From: Macrostomum lignano | Lineage: Eukaryota | Assembly (NCBI GenBank): GCA_002269645.1 | Contig: NIVC01001087.1 | Span: 1-64,000, forward strand | DNA: 64,000 nucleotides | Direction of reading: 5' to 3' | Shown here: one piece after another, positions 1 through 13,469 of the stretch | How the letters are laid out: every line of letters starts with the position of its first letter | How positions within the stretch are numbered: the first letter of the stretch is position 1 | Made by a program: the position numbers and the translations under genes | Notes under the pieces: generated by a model | Told to the model about the DNA's origin: nothing | What the model saw: only the letters and a program-made list of their open reading frames with translations | Database searches by the model: none

Positions 1-161
1 CGAGACAGCAACGACTGCAGCCGGCCGACTCCTCTTGAAGCTGCTCAATCTGGCGTCCTTGACGTCTAGCTCAATCTCTAATTCGTCTATGATTCTGTCG
101 CGCTGTTTAACTTCCTCGATTTTCTGCTGCAAAGCCAGCTGCAGCTCGCGCAGGTGCCCAT
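1..161 (-). CDS. PRKG1: cGMP-dependent protein kinase, PKG-Ibeta-like N-terminal leucine-zipper exon (frameshifted as assembled; runs off window)
   Basis: Reverse strand from ATG at 161 gives MGT, then after a 1-nt shift LRELQLALQQKIEEVKQRDRIIDELEIELDVKDA, closely matching the PKG-Ibeta start [36 protein letters not shown]. Two further 1-nt shifts give QIEQLQEE and GRLQSLLSR. Not in the ORF track. Confidence 0.8.
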
Positions 162-1284
162 GCTTTTACACTTCCTTTATTTAGTCTTCGTTTTAAATTT
201 GAATGTTTATTGGCAAGAAAGCTCGTGTGGCACTTGGGCAAGGAAGTTGGCCCGAACGAGGCTGTATCAGCAAGTAAAGCTCTCTCTCTTCTTTGCGAGT
301 AGGGAAGATTATTTGTATATTATATTCTTTCAGTTGTTAGCACATTGTTTTATTACCAAAGTAGCTAAGTTATAAGGCTTTCGGAGTACATGTATATAAT
401 CGGACTTTATGGCTCAAATTTATGTTTCAACGCCGTGCGAGAACTCTGGAAGAAGAAGAGGTCGATCGGCAGGAGAGGGGAGTAGGAAGGAAAGGAGGGG
501 GGATAGAGGGTGTCTGGACGACTGCGCTTGCGAAATCATGTCCAACTAGCCAACCAGCCAAGGTACAGCACTGTGCTCAGGTTCTCCCATACCTAAAAAT
601 CTACTTAACAGTAACCAACCTGCCTCCCTTCCAAGTCCAATGACGAGGTCGGCCTTCTTCCTCTCGCTCCCTTCTGCCCCACCCTCCTTAAGATATGCAG
701 GTCAATTTGCTATTTAGTTCGAGGCCTTATCTAAACACGCAGTTCGAGGCGTTTGCGCATATTGAATTTCTTTCTGCTCTGTGGGACTGGACGAGTTGCT
801 CTGACGTTGGGTGTCTCTCAGCACTGCAGGCTGGCAGCCACTCAGCTCCAATGTGTGGATAAATGTTTAGGGGAAACCGTATATTATTTACCCCTCACTT
901 TAACCAACTCGTGAAGATCCACCGTATATAGCTCTTATCTCGAATTTCTAAAAAGTTATGTCAGGACTTCGTGCTCGAATCTCACCTACACTAGATACAG
1001 CTTATACGAGTAGCTCGGTTCAATAAGATATGAGCTGCATGGCCTTCATCACTTCTTCGGCTTGAACTCCGCTATAGCGAGCCACTTGAGCCACGTCAAT
1101 CATCCGTCAGCGGATGCGGATGCGCACGAGTGCATATTGCCTTTCAGGTAGCGAGCTGTGAGAAATCCACGAAATTTAAATGGGCTCACGGTGAAAAGTC
1201 AGAATGAGTACACAGTACAGCCTCATCTATATTTTATAGATATATGAAATTGGAGATTCTTGATTTTAATTACGCGTCCAGAAT

Positions 1285-1590
1285 TATTCCGAGTCCCAAT
1301 TCCTTTTTGAGACCCAATTCACCTCTGAGTCCCAAATCCTTTTTGAGTCCCGATTCCATTCTGAGTCCCGATTCCTTGCTGAGTACCGATTCCTTTCTAA
1401 GTCCCGATTCCTTTCTAAGTCCCGATTCCTTGCTGAGTACCGATTTATTTCTGCGTCCCGATTCCTTTCTGAGTCCCGATTCCTTTCTGAGTCCGATTCA
1501 TTTCTGAGTCTCAATTCATTTCTGAGTCCCGATTCCTTTCTGAATCCCGATTCTTTTCCGAGTCCCAATTCACTTATGGTCCCAACTCCA
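1285..1590. repeat. Degenerate 18-bp minisatellite (TTCTGAGTCCCGATTCCT)
   Basis: Tandem units visible directly; they generate the SPDSFL repeat ORFs. Confidence 0.9.
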
Positions 1591-2519
1591 TTCTCCAATA
1601 CTGGTACCGATTTAAAATTCCGAGGTCAACTTCGGGCATTGATTCCGGGTACTGATTTGATATCTCTATTCAAAACATTTCGAGTTGCGAATTCATATTA
1701 GTGTTATTCCCAGTCTCAGGATACAGTTCAGAATCCAAAGCTCAAGGTCATCGATAATATTGATAATACTGAATAGTCGTACTGAACAAGCCAGTAAGCA
1801 CCAAGATAATACTGCTGTGAGCCAAATACCCAGATATAATAGCCTTAGCTCCAATCGGATTTCCGGTTTCAACCAACCAGCTGCAAGACGAAAGTTCGTC
1901 AATCGGAATATAGAACATGTCTCTGCGAGAGTCGAGAAAGAAAGAAGCTCAGGAAATGCAGGTCGCCGTGAATCCCGCGGTTACCGTTTCCCTGTTTGGT
2001 AGGCGTGCACCATGCAGAACTACGAGTATGATCAGCTGCTGTTATGTAGCCTCAGAATCATTTTTCCTGACCAAACCACTCGGCCCTGGAACTAGAAACT
2101 ATAATATAAGAACAGGCAAAACCATGACGCACAGCACTAGCACTCCATCACGAATGCGCAAACTTGGCTTTCTCTCCAATACAACCGTATAGGCTAATTG
2201 GTACGGTGAATTATTGATCGTTATAAACACGGTCGGTCCGAGCAAGTGAGCCATATAACCTCATGCACTGGCGGTGTCGGAGGTGTATTGACCCGCAGGT
2301 TATGCTGCATTGAGCCTGGGTTTTTAGGTTATACGAAAACAAGCGGAAGATGTCGATTTCTAATTGGCTTTTCTGAGCTCTAGGTTTATTTCCTTTGCTT
2401 TTTCTACCAGTTCTGCTGCTGCCTGTGTGTGTTTGAGCAACTTGTTGAGCGACAAAGTCTTTCTTACTCGGTGACCTTGATCTTAGTTTTTTATGGCATT
2501 GCTCCCGATTATTGGTGAT

Positions 2520-3165
2520 ACCAGATCCCGACTCTAGGACTCTGTGACACTTTGATCCCGATTTCTTGGATTCTGTGACACATTGATCCCGACTTCTTGG
2601 ATTTTGTGACGCCTTGATTCAGATTTCTTGGATTTTGTGACACCTTGATCTCGGTTTCTTGGATTTTGTGACACATTGATCCCGACTTCTTGGATTTTGT
2701 GACGCCTTGATCCCGATTTCTTGGGTTTTGTGACGCCTTGATTCTTGGATTTGTTGGATTCTGTAACAACTGAATCCCGATTCTTGGATCATTGTGACGC
2801 CTTGATTCTTGGATTTGTTGGATTCTGTGACAACTGAATCCAGATTCTTGGATCATTGTGACGCCTTGATTCTTGGATTTGTTGGATTTTGTGACAACTG
2901 AATCCCGATTCTTGGATCATTGTGACGCCTTGATTCTTGGATTTGTTGGATTTTGTGACAACTGAATCCCGATTCTTGGATCATTGTGACGCCTTGATTC
3001 TTGGATTTGTTGGATTTTGTGACAACTGAATCCCGATTCTTGGATCATTGTGACGCCTTGATTCTTGGATTTGTTGGATTTTGTGACAACTGAATCCCGA
3101 TTTCTTTGAATCTGTGAAACATTTATCCGGATTCTTGGATTCTGAAACACCCTAATCTCGGTTCT
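2520..3165. repeat. Composite minisatellite built on GATTCTTGGATT/TGTGAC subunits
   Basis: About 21-bp subunits on the left grade into longer near-identical composite units at 2740-3100. Confidence 0.9.
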
Positions 3166-3651
3166 GAGACTCAGTGAGACAAGTTTTTTAAAGAAAATTA
3201 TCATTCTTCTTTTAACTTGTGGATGTTTTTATACGTATAATAGTTTTTTACCAGCAATAAATGTTTCATTCAATTCAAGTTTACGTGGGTACGATTTTTA
3301 TATAAAGTATCAACCAATTAGTATACAGTACGCTGATATGGTAGGACGCCAGATAATAGTACGATATACTATATCAGCAATACTGACATATAACTGCTTA
3401 AAATGCGGTTTATGTACCGCAATGTTAGTGCCTGATATAAGACTGCGAGTCTGTTAATTATCTGTCTGAACTACTTCTGAACGTACCCTCTACTCTATCT
3501 GCTGTTGAAGTGTGATAAGAGAGTGGGAATAATTTGTAATTTACAGTGCGCATGCGCACACTCTGACTTTAATATGCTTTTAATACGAACATGACCAAAA
3601 AATGAAATTATTAATCGGGTATTGAGTTTGCTTCAGTTAATGATCGAGAGA

Positions 3652-4235
3652 GAGAGAGAGGGGGTAGGGGAGAGAGGAGTTAGAGGGAGGGGTAGAGGGG
3701 GTTAAGGAGGGGAGGAGAGGGGGAGGGGAAAGGGGGCTAGAGGGGGTGGGGAAAGGGAGCTAGAGGGGGTGGGGAAAGGGGGCTAGAGGGGGTGGGGAAA
3801 GGGGGCTAGAGGGGTGGGGAAAGGGGCTAGAGGGGGTGGGGAAAGGGGGCTAGAGGGGGTGGGAAAGGGGGCTAGAGGGGGTGGGGAAAGGGGGCTAGAG
3901 GGGTGGGGAAAGGGAGCTAGAGGGGGTGGGGAAAGGGGGCTAGAGGGGGTGGGGAAAGGGGGCTAGAGGGGGTGGGGAAAGGGGGCTAGAGGGGGTGGGG
4001 AAAGGGAGCTAGAGGGGTGGGGAAAGGGGGCTAGAGGGGGTGGGGAAAGGGAGCTAGAGGGGTGGGGAAAGGGGCTAGAGGGGGTGGGGAAAGGGGGCTA
4101 GAGGGGGTGGGGAAAAGGGGCTAGAGGGGGTGGGGAAAGGGGGCTAGAGGGGTGGGGAAAGGGGGCTAGAGGGGGTGGGAAAGGGGCTAGAGGGGGTGGG
4201 GAAAGGGGGCTAGAGGGGGTGGGGAAAGGGGGTGA
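3652..4235. repeat. G-rich ~23-bp minisatellite (GCTAGAGGGGGTGGGGAAAGGGG)
   Basis: About 20 tandem copies, each with three G-runs of 4-5. Confidence 0.95.
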
Positions 4236-4434
4236 GGGGAACGGGTTTAGACTTTAGAGAGAGGAGGGGAGAGGGGTTTAGAATGACGACATTAGTATGA
4301 ACTATGCTTCTATGCTATAACTATGCTTTTCGGTCCCCAAAGCTAATTCATTTTATGGCAATAAGTGTAAAGCTTCTCTACAATCTCGTAATAACAGTAT
4401 GCAGCTTCATATACTAAGGACTTTTGCCTTTTGC

Positions 4435-4605
4435 GTTATATCTTTGCCTTCTGCATACACCCTTGCCTTCTGTGTACATCTTCACCTTCTGCATACGTCT
4501 TTGCCTTCATGTACACCCTTGCCTTCTGTGTACATCTTCACCTTATGCCTTCACCTATCACCTTATCACCTTCATCTTCACCCTTGCCTTCTGTGTACAT
4601 GTCTG
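4435..4605. repeat. Short degenerate tandem repeat (CCTTGCCTTCTGTGTACATCTTCA)
   Basis: Three to four imperfect copies. Confidence 0.7.
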
Positions 4606-5095
4606 TCTTCTAAACACATCTGCCACAAGGCTTAGAGAGTCACTGACTTGGATATACAAAATACTCCGGAGTTTATTTTTGCAAACGATTAACGTTGCTG
4701 CTTGTAGTTAATGTTCCGAAAAGATTTGGGGACAACTGTGTGATTTTTTTTTACTCTAGAGCTTGCTCCTGCTCAAATAGAAAACTCCCAAGCACCCATG
4801 TATCTTTTGTATGGAAGTCAAAGAAGCAAAATAAAGAAATCCTACAAAAGAAAAATGGAAAGCACTGAACTCCATCTTTCCCACAGGTCCATCTATTATA
4901 TAGTGCTTCCGCCTCCTCAGTTGGAATTTTGTATCGATTTAGACTAATGCTTATTATTGTTAGTGAATACTCTTATAGCCTCTACGAACTATATGCATCA
5001 GTACCAGCTATTTATTATTGCAAAGAAAACTGCATTGAGCCTCAAATAATAGACAGGCTTTCATTTCTTGGCTCTGCTTTTAACCAATTTTGATT

Positions 5096-5140
5096 GACAC
5101 ACGAACACACAAACACATACACACACACACACACACACAC
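5096..5140. repeat. (CA)n microsatellite
   Basis: Direct. Confidence 0.9.
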
Positions 5141-5688
5141 TGTGTCCTCTCTTTGAACGACCGAAGACAGCGCGTCACGAAGTGCAAACACATATATTCC
5201 CATCTTTTTCTTGTAAATGATTAGCTCCGTGAGTCCTTGTCAGTCCCAAACTCTAACTTGTATGCACCTTTTGTATGCTTTGAGTTGTCTCTCGTTTCTT
5301 CTTCAGCACAACTGCCAGTTTGACTTGTACAAGCAGAAACAAACAATTAATAATAAACACACCACAAATCACAGGAATATACAAGCTAAATTCTAAATCT
5401 AAATTACTAATAAAATAAACCTATATTTCTACTATCAGTAGGCGAAGCTAAGTATGATCAATCTGAAAAACAAATACTAAAGAATTTTAAATTGATGCGT
5501 TCTTTCGAGAAATCGAAGATGAATTGCTTACTAGTTCGATTATTGACTAAAGTTCCGCTGAAGTAATAGATCTAAGCTACTTTTTGTAAGTAGTTGTGTA
5601 AAATGATTCCAAGGTAACTATTAAATATTAATCAATCATTGTGCATCAAAAATAAATGCGAATAACCAAGATAGCAAGACATGAACTG

Positions 5689-6260
5689 CAGTGGCGTAGC
5701 CAGGAATTTCAATTGGGGGGGGGGTTGGCCTGGCTGGCCATGCCTCATGTCATTGCCACTTTTAGCGCCGCAGACGCTCATTTTAGCGCCGCAGACGCTC
5801 ATTTTAGCGCCGCAGGCACTCATTTTAGCGCCGCAGGCACTCATTTTAGCGCCGCAGGCACTCATTTTAGCGCCGCAGGCACTCATTTTAGCGCCGCAGG
5901 CACTCATTTTAGCGCCGCAGGCACTCATTTTAGCGCCGCAGGCACTCATTTTAGCGCCGCAGGCACTCATTTTAGCGCCGCAGGCACTCATTTTGGCGCC
6001 GCAGGCACTCATTTTAGCGCCGCAGGCACTCATTTTGGCGCCGCAGGCACTCATTTTGGCGCCGCAGGCACTCATTTTAGCGCCGCAGGCACTCATTTTG
6101 GCGCCGCAGGCACTCATTTTAGCGCCGCAGGCACTCATTTTAGCGCCGCAGGCACTCATTTTAGCGCCGCAGGCACTCAATTGCCTCATGGTTTTTGGTA
6201 CCCGCCGCGCCTAATCCCGATTCCCACTCCCCCCCCCCGGCCCCCCTGGCGACGCCACTG
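5689..6260. mobile_element. Non-autonomous hAT-family MITE carrying an internal 21-bp tandem array
   Basis: Termini CAGTGGCGTAGCCAGG and CCTGGCGACGCCACTG form a 16-bp TIR with 1 mismatch. Perfect 8-bp TSD ATGAACTG at 5681-5688 and 6261-6268. About 20 copies of TTTTAGCGCCGCAGGCACTCA inside. Confidence 0.93.
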
Positions 6261-6310
6261 ATGAACTGATATATGATAATTCAAACTTTAAAAAAACATC
6301 TGAAACTCAC

Positions 6311-6612
6311 CCAGCATCTTTAGGGACAATTTTCCCCGTTGACATTTGCGAGACCAGTTGTTCATTTTGCGGCTCAGCAGAAATGCCCACGCCTCGTTGT
6401 CGTTTAACAGTCGTAGCGGCTGTGTGCACTGGCGACCCGGCGGCGCTATTAATCACCGATTGATATTTGTCAACTTGCGACAATAGTTCCGCTATGCGCT
6501 TGTCTTTCACGCGAACTTGCGATTTCAAATCGCTAATCTGATGCTGCAACTCGTTGATTAGGTCGTCCTTCTCTTTGCCGCTAGTCTGCAGCTCTGTGAT
6601 CAGTGCGGACAT
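6311..6612 (-). CDS. PRKG1: cGMP-dependent protein kinase, alternative N-terminal exon (coiled coil plus autoinhibitory segment)
   Basis: ORF MSALITELQ...DKYQSV...KRQRGVGISAEPQ...VPKDAG. DKYxSV and the R-x-GISAEP pseudosubstrate are PKG hallmarks. Exon ends at a GTGAGT donor (6310-6305). Confidence 0.88.
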
Positions 6613-7944
6613 TCTGTTTGGGGCAGCGAGGGTGACGGTGGAATATAATTGCTTCTTGTTTATTTAAAATAAGAAGTCACAAATTTGGTGAAAAAAACAA
6701 CGGGGGTCCAGGGTCGTCCGGTTCCTCTTAAACTCTGTCTAAGGGGACTGGTGTACAAAGCTAATCAATGTACGAGTACACCAAGCTGGTGGGGGGATGG
6801 GGTTCATGGAACGTCATGCCAGATCGTGAAATTGTAGTGACTGGCTGCCCCGCTACCCCAACCTCTTTCTATCTAGCGGGGTTAGAATGTACAGTGCGAA
6901 TGTACATTCCAGCGTTTTTCTGATTACAGACCTCCGTCCTACAATTAAGCCAAATCAGGGACTATAAGATAATAAACACTCAGCTACTTATACTACTATA
7001 CGCAACTTTAATAGTAAGGTATATATTTACATTATCTGCATATTTATAGCAGATGTACATCTTAAATTTTTTTAAACATACTAGCGTAAACTTTACCAGA
7101 ACTAGGGACTTTTTTGCTATTGCGATTACATTTCGAAAACTACATCTACGTATTAATTTTCTACATACTAAGTTTTAACAGAGAAATATACTCAGCAGCA
7201 TTGAAGAATTGCCCGCCACCCTTTGCTCTAGTCAGCAGTGTCTTTCAACCAGCGTCTATCACCTGGCCAACCATTTTGCTCTATGCTCTTCCCGATCCCT
7301 CCTCACCCAGCCCAACTCTGCGTCGCGTGGATCAAGAATTTACTGCGCACTCTCAAAAGTGGCGACTTTTTTTATGTTTTTGAGTATGGCAATTAATGTA
7401 TTTTTCCTGTGTCTACCTTGTATCTAGGTAAATACTGACACTACTTTGGTATCTAGGTACCTTGTACCTAGGTATGGAAGAGTATGAACCAATGCTCTCT
7501 TACAATTAGCTCCTCTTAGGGTTTAGCCAAAAAACTTCATGGTTGTGTAAGCTCGTTCGGCAAAAAACTACAATAAAAATGCGAAGTATAGTTGCCGACA
7601 GCTCAAGCACGCTGAGTACGGAGTGTATGGCCGGATTCCACATTCGCGGCTCACAAAAGGCACTTTTTGGCACTCTGCTATCGCGTGAAAGACGTCTGTC
7701 TGCCATTCCCATCGTGTACATATACTCTGGTGTACTGCACAGTTGCACAATAATAATTACAAATGTATTTTATTGGCATAGTGCTTATTGAGAAGTTTTT
7801 TTGTGGTTAAAGCAGAAATATAAAGTGTCCTAAAGCTGCTTGACGCTGTTTGGACTATTCTGACCTTCATTGCACTGCGCAATGTACAATTAGGCTACAG
7901 CAGAGTAGTCAGATGGGTTACTGAAGGACTGCAGATGGGGTTTC

Positions 7945-8105
7945 TTACATCTGAAGGGACTGCATGTCATGTTACTGTAAGATCCGTTGGGGTTAAATCT
8001 GAAGGGACTGCATGTCATGTTACTGTAAGATCCGTTGGGGGCTACATCTGAAAGGACTGCATGTCATGTTACTGTAAGTAAGATCCAATGGGGCTACATC
8101 TGAAG
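7945..8105. repeat. Triplicated ~45-50 bp unit (CTGAAGGGACTGCATGTCATGTTACTGTAAGATCC...)
   Basis: Three tandem copies. Confidence 0.85.
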
Positions 8106-9147
8106 GAACTGCTGGTGGGTTGACCGAAAGAACAGATGGGAAGACGGCAGATCTACGTAGCTACGAAAGATTACAGAAAACTGAACTCACTTAACCTTGC
8201 TCTCCCCAGAGCCGGCCAGAAAGGACCAGCTCCTGTCCTTCTTCTTTTCTTTGTCTTTGGACATTGGAAATAGGAGCTGCAGTTCCACCAAAAGTTTTCA
8301 CTTTGAAAAAAAGTTTTAACTTTCTAATTCTTTCGTTTGTCAGCTTCAGCACTTAAAAATTGCCTTACAAGAGCGCTTAGCACACAGTCAAAGCATGCAG
8401 TCAACAGCCCGTGTGAAGTGGACGTCTGCCTCACTCTTTACCCTCCGTCACTCTTTCTCAGACTCGATTTCTATTGGACGATGATAGCCCGACAGAATCA
8501 ACTGATAATGGAAACGCTATATGGCAAACGCTGAAGAGACCACTTCACAATCTGTTATGATTGTGCTTCAACTGTTTCTGGGCGTCGCTCACCTGCCCCC
8601 TTGCCCCCCCTGTACCCTCGCTCTCTTGCCTTTGACTCCGTGCGCGCTGCGGTGTGAAGTCTTCTTATTTATTAGCTCAATCTCTTCTCTATTCATGCGT
8701 TTTGCTGCTCAGCAATATTTACCCCAGATTTATATATGAGCAGCCATGGAGTAACTGTAGCTAAGAGAGATCAAAACAGGCTCTAGCCACCGACACAGCT
8801 AGAATGCTTGATAAGAGGTCAAAGATAGGATTTTTCGGTCTGAGAGCCAACCATTATAATAAATTCTACTGATTTTTCTGTGCTATTAGGCTTGCCTTTA
8901 TAAATATACCAGTAGTGTACAGAGTATGTACGTGAAGATTTGCAATCTGGAATTCAGTTTGCTTGATACTTTTTGTTTGCATGGTCTTTAGAAGCTGCCT
9001 AAGAATTGTTAATTTTCTAACGTTTGTGCTGCGAGTTAAATTGGCAAGATTGACAGCTTTATTGCTCTGGATGATGCCGACGTCAATCGTCAAAAGAATG
9101 GAGATGCTCAGTTAGAACTTGGAGATGTTTTCTTAAAAATGGAGGCA

Positions 9148-9660
9148 CGAATTCAAAGTCACAGTTGCCAAATCAAAGTCACAGTTGCCAAATCAAAGAC
9201 AGTTGCTAAATCAAAGACACAGTTGATAAATCAAAGACACAGTTGCCAAATCAAAGTCACAGTTGCCAAATCAAAGACACCGTTGCCAAATCAAAGTCAC
9301 AGTTGCCAAATCAAAGAAACCGTTGCCAAATCAAAGTCACAGTTGCCAAATCAAAGACACAGTTGACAAATCAAAGTCACAGTTGCCAAATCAAAGTCAC
9401 AGTTGCCAAATCAAAGACAACGTTTCCAATCAAAGACACCGTTGCCAAATCAAAGTCACAGTTGCCAAATCAAAGACAACGTTGCCAAATCAAAGACAAC
9501 GTTTCCAATCAAAGACACCGTTGCCAAATCAAAGTCACAGTTGCCAAATCAAAGACACAGTTGACAAATCAAAGTCACAGTTGCCAAATCAAAGACAACG
9601 TTTCCAATCAAAGACACCGTTGCCAAATCAAAGACCCAGACAGACACCAATTCAAAGTCA
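9148..9660. repeat. 20-bp minisatellite (TTGCCAAATCAAAGTCACAG)
   Basis: About 25 copies with variants. Confidence 0.95.
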
Positions 9661-10229
9661 AAAGCGCCCGATCAAAGACACAAAAATCAATTCTAAGGCA
9701 TAAGGAGACAAAGACACCTTCAATAATTATTTAATGATATATACAAGATTTGTTGCAGCATTGTTTATTACGTTCTAGTCGAAAGACGTAGCAAAAATTC
9801 AATAAGTACACTCTGTACAATTTGACGTGTGAATTACTGCACCACACTGGCTTGTAGGTTTCTACGAGCTCGTAAGTGTGCCAATTACTGAAACAAATCA
9901 GGTCATCAATCAGTCTGACCGTTAATTTCAAGCGTCAATTAAACACGGAGACAACATTTACGACTATTTCAGGCAACTACACTGGTAAACATTTTATGGC
10001 CCTGCACGCTATCGGGTGAATGGTTCTCTCGAAGGTGGCTAGATTTTATTCAGCTTAGTGTATTTCTGAAGATACCTGAAGATCTCTTGAAAATGCGCGT
10101 GTAGTTTAACAAATTGAAACTCAGCTTACTGGGCTCACTGTTTAGTCGTCAATTGAACCGCTACTTCTACTGCTAGTAGTATCAAATAGTCAAGCAAATA
10201 AATTAAGTGGAGGACGAAAACTAATACTG

Positions 10230-10578
<349 letters not shown>

Positions 10579-11834
10579 AGATCCCAATATCCAGTCTCGC
10601 ACCGTGAGCTAGATATGACAGTGTCTGTATATTGATAAGTTTTGTATATTACACAAACTGATCTAAACACATCGGGCCCGTCTGTTCAATGTCTAGTTGG
10701 AAAAAAAGCAAATAACTCAGTTTCCCAAGACCCGGAAAGGAATACTAGAAAAGCACGTCGAACAAGTCAAACAAAGTAGCTTGTCAGTCACGCAGTTGGG
10801 CTTGAAGTTTCGGATCACAGGATCTTAAAAGGAAGCAATACAGAGGAAGTGAAGCTCAAAGCAACTAATTTAACGAGTTAAAATTTACGACATTCGTGGA
10901 TCATCGCACTATTTGTTTTTTTTTTCACTATTTTAATCCGAGACAGGTCTCCCTGCATGCACCATTTCATGTTTTGCGTGCCTTTTTCTCAGTCTTGCAA
11001 AACTGACTAACAAGTACGAGCGTACCTTCCTTGTTCCTTTCGGTCGTCACATTACAAGCAAGTCTGACTTCTAATGGATAAGGGATTAGTCTTGATTTTC
11101 GATATTGATGCCATGGACAGCTAAATCCGGGGGGACAGGGACAGCTAACGTTGAAGGCTGCTTCTAAGTTTCCAGTTGTTTTTATCGCGGAGTTCTGATA
11201 AACTTGTTAGTGCGTCTCAGACAGAACACATTCTTGCTTCATTTGGGATTCGGAAGTCCATAGCGAGAGATATTCGATTGAAATTTGCAATCTTAATCCA
11301 ATGTATTCTCCCAATCAAGTTCACATTAAAGGTCATTGATTCTCGATAGCTTGAATTCTACATCTAGACAGGTTAATTAAATCAACGAAGCCCACAAATC
11401 CTAGACAGCTCAGCACCAACTGTCAGTTAGTAATCAATTAGTCATTATCGACCCCGATTAACCTACTGCTATGAGTAATATGCTCTTATTATAGTTGGAG
11501 CTCCAGGATAGAATGCAAATCAGCCAGTGCGAACTAAGGCTCCAGACTAGGCGATGACTGATTGCCTTGTGGGAGGGAGGGGCAATTAACGGGAAGGATG
11601 AAGTGTCGATGGCAGCAGCGAAGGTGAGTGAAAGAAAATATACGATATTATATCGAAATTCGGATGATTGATGACAGGTGGGTTGCAGCCTTTGGCAGAG
11701 GTAGAACTTTGCGTATTTCTATCCAAAGATATAAATAGAAATGTTGCTTTTTCGGAAATGCGAGATGATGATAGACTGAGAACTTGGAGATTGAACAGAT
11801 TGGAGATTTGTTGTAAATTTAGGGAGGGGAAAGG

Positions 11835-12552
11835 CTCGGAGAGGGGAGAGGCTCGGAGAGGGGAGAGGCAGGGAGAGGGGAGAGGCAGGGAGAGGGGAGA
11901 GGCTCGGAGAGGGGAGAGGCAGGGAGAGGGGAGAGGCAGGGAGAGGGGAGAGGCTCGGAGAGGGGAGAGGCAGGGAGAGGGAGAGGCAGGGAGAGGGGAG
12001 AGGCAGGGAGAGGGGAGAGGCTCGGAGAGGGGAGAGGCAGGGAGAGGGGAGAGGCAGGGAGAGGGGAGAGGCTCGGAGAGGGGAGAGGCAGGGAGAGGGG
12101 AGAGGCTCGGAGAGGGGAGAGGCAGGGAGAGGGGAGAGGCAGGGAGAGGGGAGAGGCTCGGAGAGGGGAGAGGCAGGGAGAGGGGAGGCAGGGAGAGGGG
12201 AGAGGCAGGGAGAGGGGAGAGGCAGGGAGAGGGGAGAGGCAGGGAGAGGGGAGAGGCAGGGAGAGGGGAGAGGCAGGGAGAGGGGAGAGGCAGGGAGAGG
12301 GGAGAGGCAGGGAGAGGGGAGAGGCTCGGAGAGGGGAGAGGCTCGGAGAGGGGAGAGGCTCGGAGAGGGGAGAGGCTCGGAGAGGGAGAGGCAGGGAGAG
12401 GGGAGAGGCAGGGAGAGGGGAGAGGCTCGGAGAGGGGAGAGGCAGGGAGAGGGAGAGGCAGGGAGAGGGGAGAGGCTCGGAGAGGGGAGAGGCAGGGAGA
12501 GGGGAGAGGCAGGGAGAGGGGAGAGGCAGGGAGAGGGGAGAGGCAGGGAGAG
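11835..12552. repeat. Purine-rich 17-bp minisatellite (GGGAGAGGGGAGAGGCA / GGCTCGGAGAGG variants)
   Basis: Direct. Confidence 0.95.
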
Positions 12553-13319
12553 GAGTGTTATATTACAATGCAGGCCACTGTAGAAACTGATTCAAACAAA
12601 TTATGCTCGTATCTTTTCAAAATCAAGTTTAGAAACTAAGAAAAAGGTATGAATTTATGGGGTACTAAAAGAAAAAATATAAACAATAAATTACTTACTT
12701 TTTTGTGTCCGAAGTTCTAGCCGTCATTCTTAAATTGTTTTGACTAACTTTCAGATGCTGCCGCTGCCAATAAAGGTGCTCGCTTGTAACTGTAAATACA
12801 AACAAATTAAAACAACAAGAATTAGGTGTTTGAAGTTTCACGACTTACGCTAAATGAAATGTCCTCTTGAATAAAAATGAGAAAAAGTTTTGGCTATTAT
12901 CAACTTAATCACAGGTTCGCTAAGGTGGTACGCCGCTCCTCTGCGTGTGGGCGCCGCTCGGGCAGGCTCGGGCTCATATTTAATCTTTTTGGCATTATAT
13001 TCCTGATGAAAATACAGCAAGTTGTTGACTTTTCTGTCGTCTCTCTCTCCATCGCACACAGCCAAAGGAAAAGCTCTACTTTAGCTTTGCACTCGGTGTG
13101 CGCAGCTGCCCACCTGGGCATCAGTTGCTCGTGTAATTCAAATTTAGAATTTCTTTCTCAAAAAGACGAGCAGAGATACAGAGCAGCGAGTGAGAGGTAG
13201 ATTTGCAAACGAGGTTGGAAATTCCTAGCTTGTATTTTACAACTTTTCAGTGCAGAGATGGGCATTCCCTATCTTAGCGTGCAGCACTGGAATAAGAGCG
13301 CTGTCATGGCTGTGTTGTC

Positions 13320-13405
13320 ATCTATCTATCTATCTATCTGTCTATCTATCTATCTATCTATCTGTCTATCTATCTGTCTATCTATCTATCTATCTATCTA
13401 TCTAT

Positions 13406-13452
<47 letters not shown>

Positions 13453-13469
13453 GTCTATCTATCTATCTA
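13320..13469. repeat. (TATC)n microsatellite, left of mariner
   Basis: Direct. Confidence 0.97.

Noticed and set aside
1685-2192. Overlapping short ORFs and a partly open hydrophobic minus-strand frame
   Set aside because: Several internal stops, no recognisable motif and no supporting splice pair.
7506-7791. Cys-containing short ORFs that might be a retroelement relic
   Set aside because: No intact CCHC spacing, tail or TSD identified.
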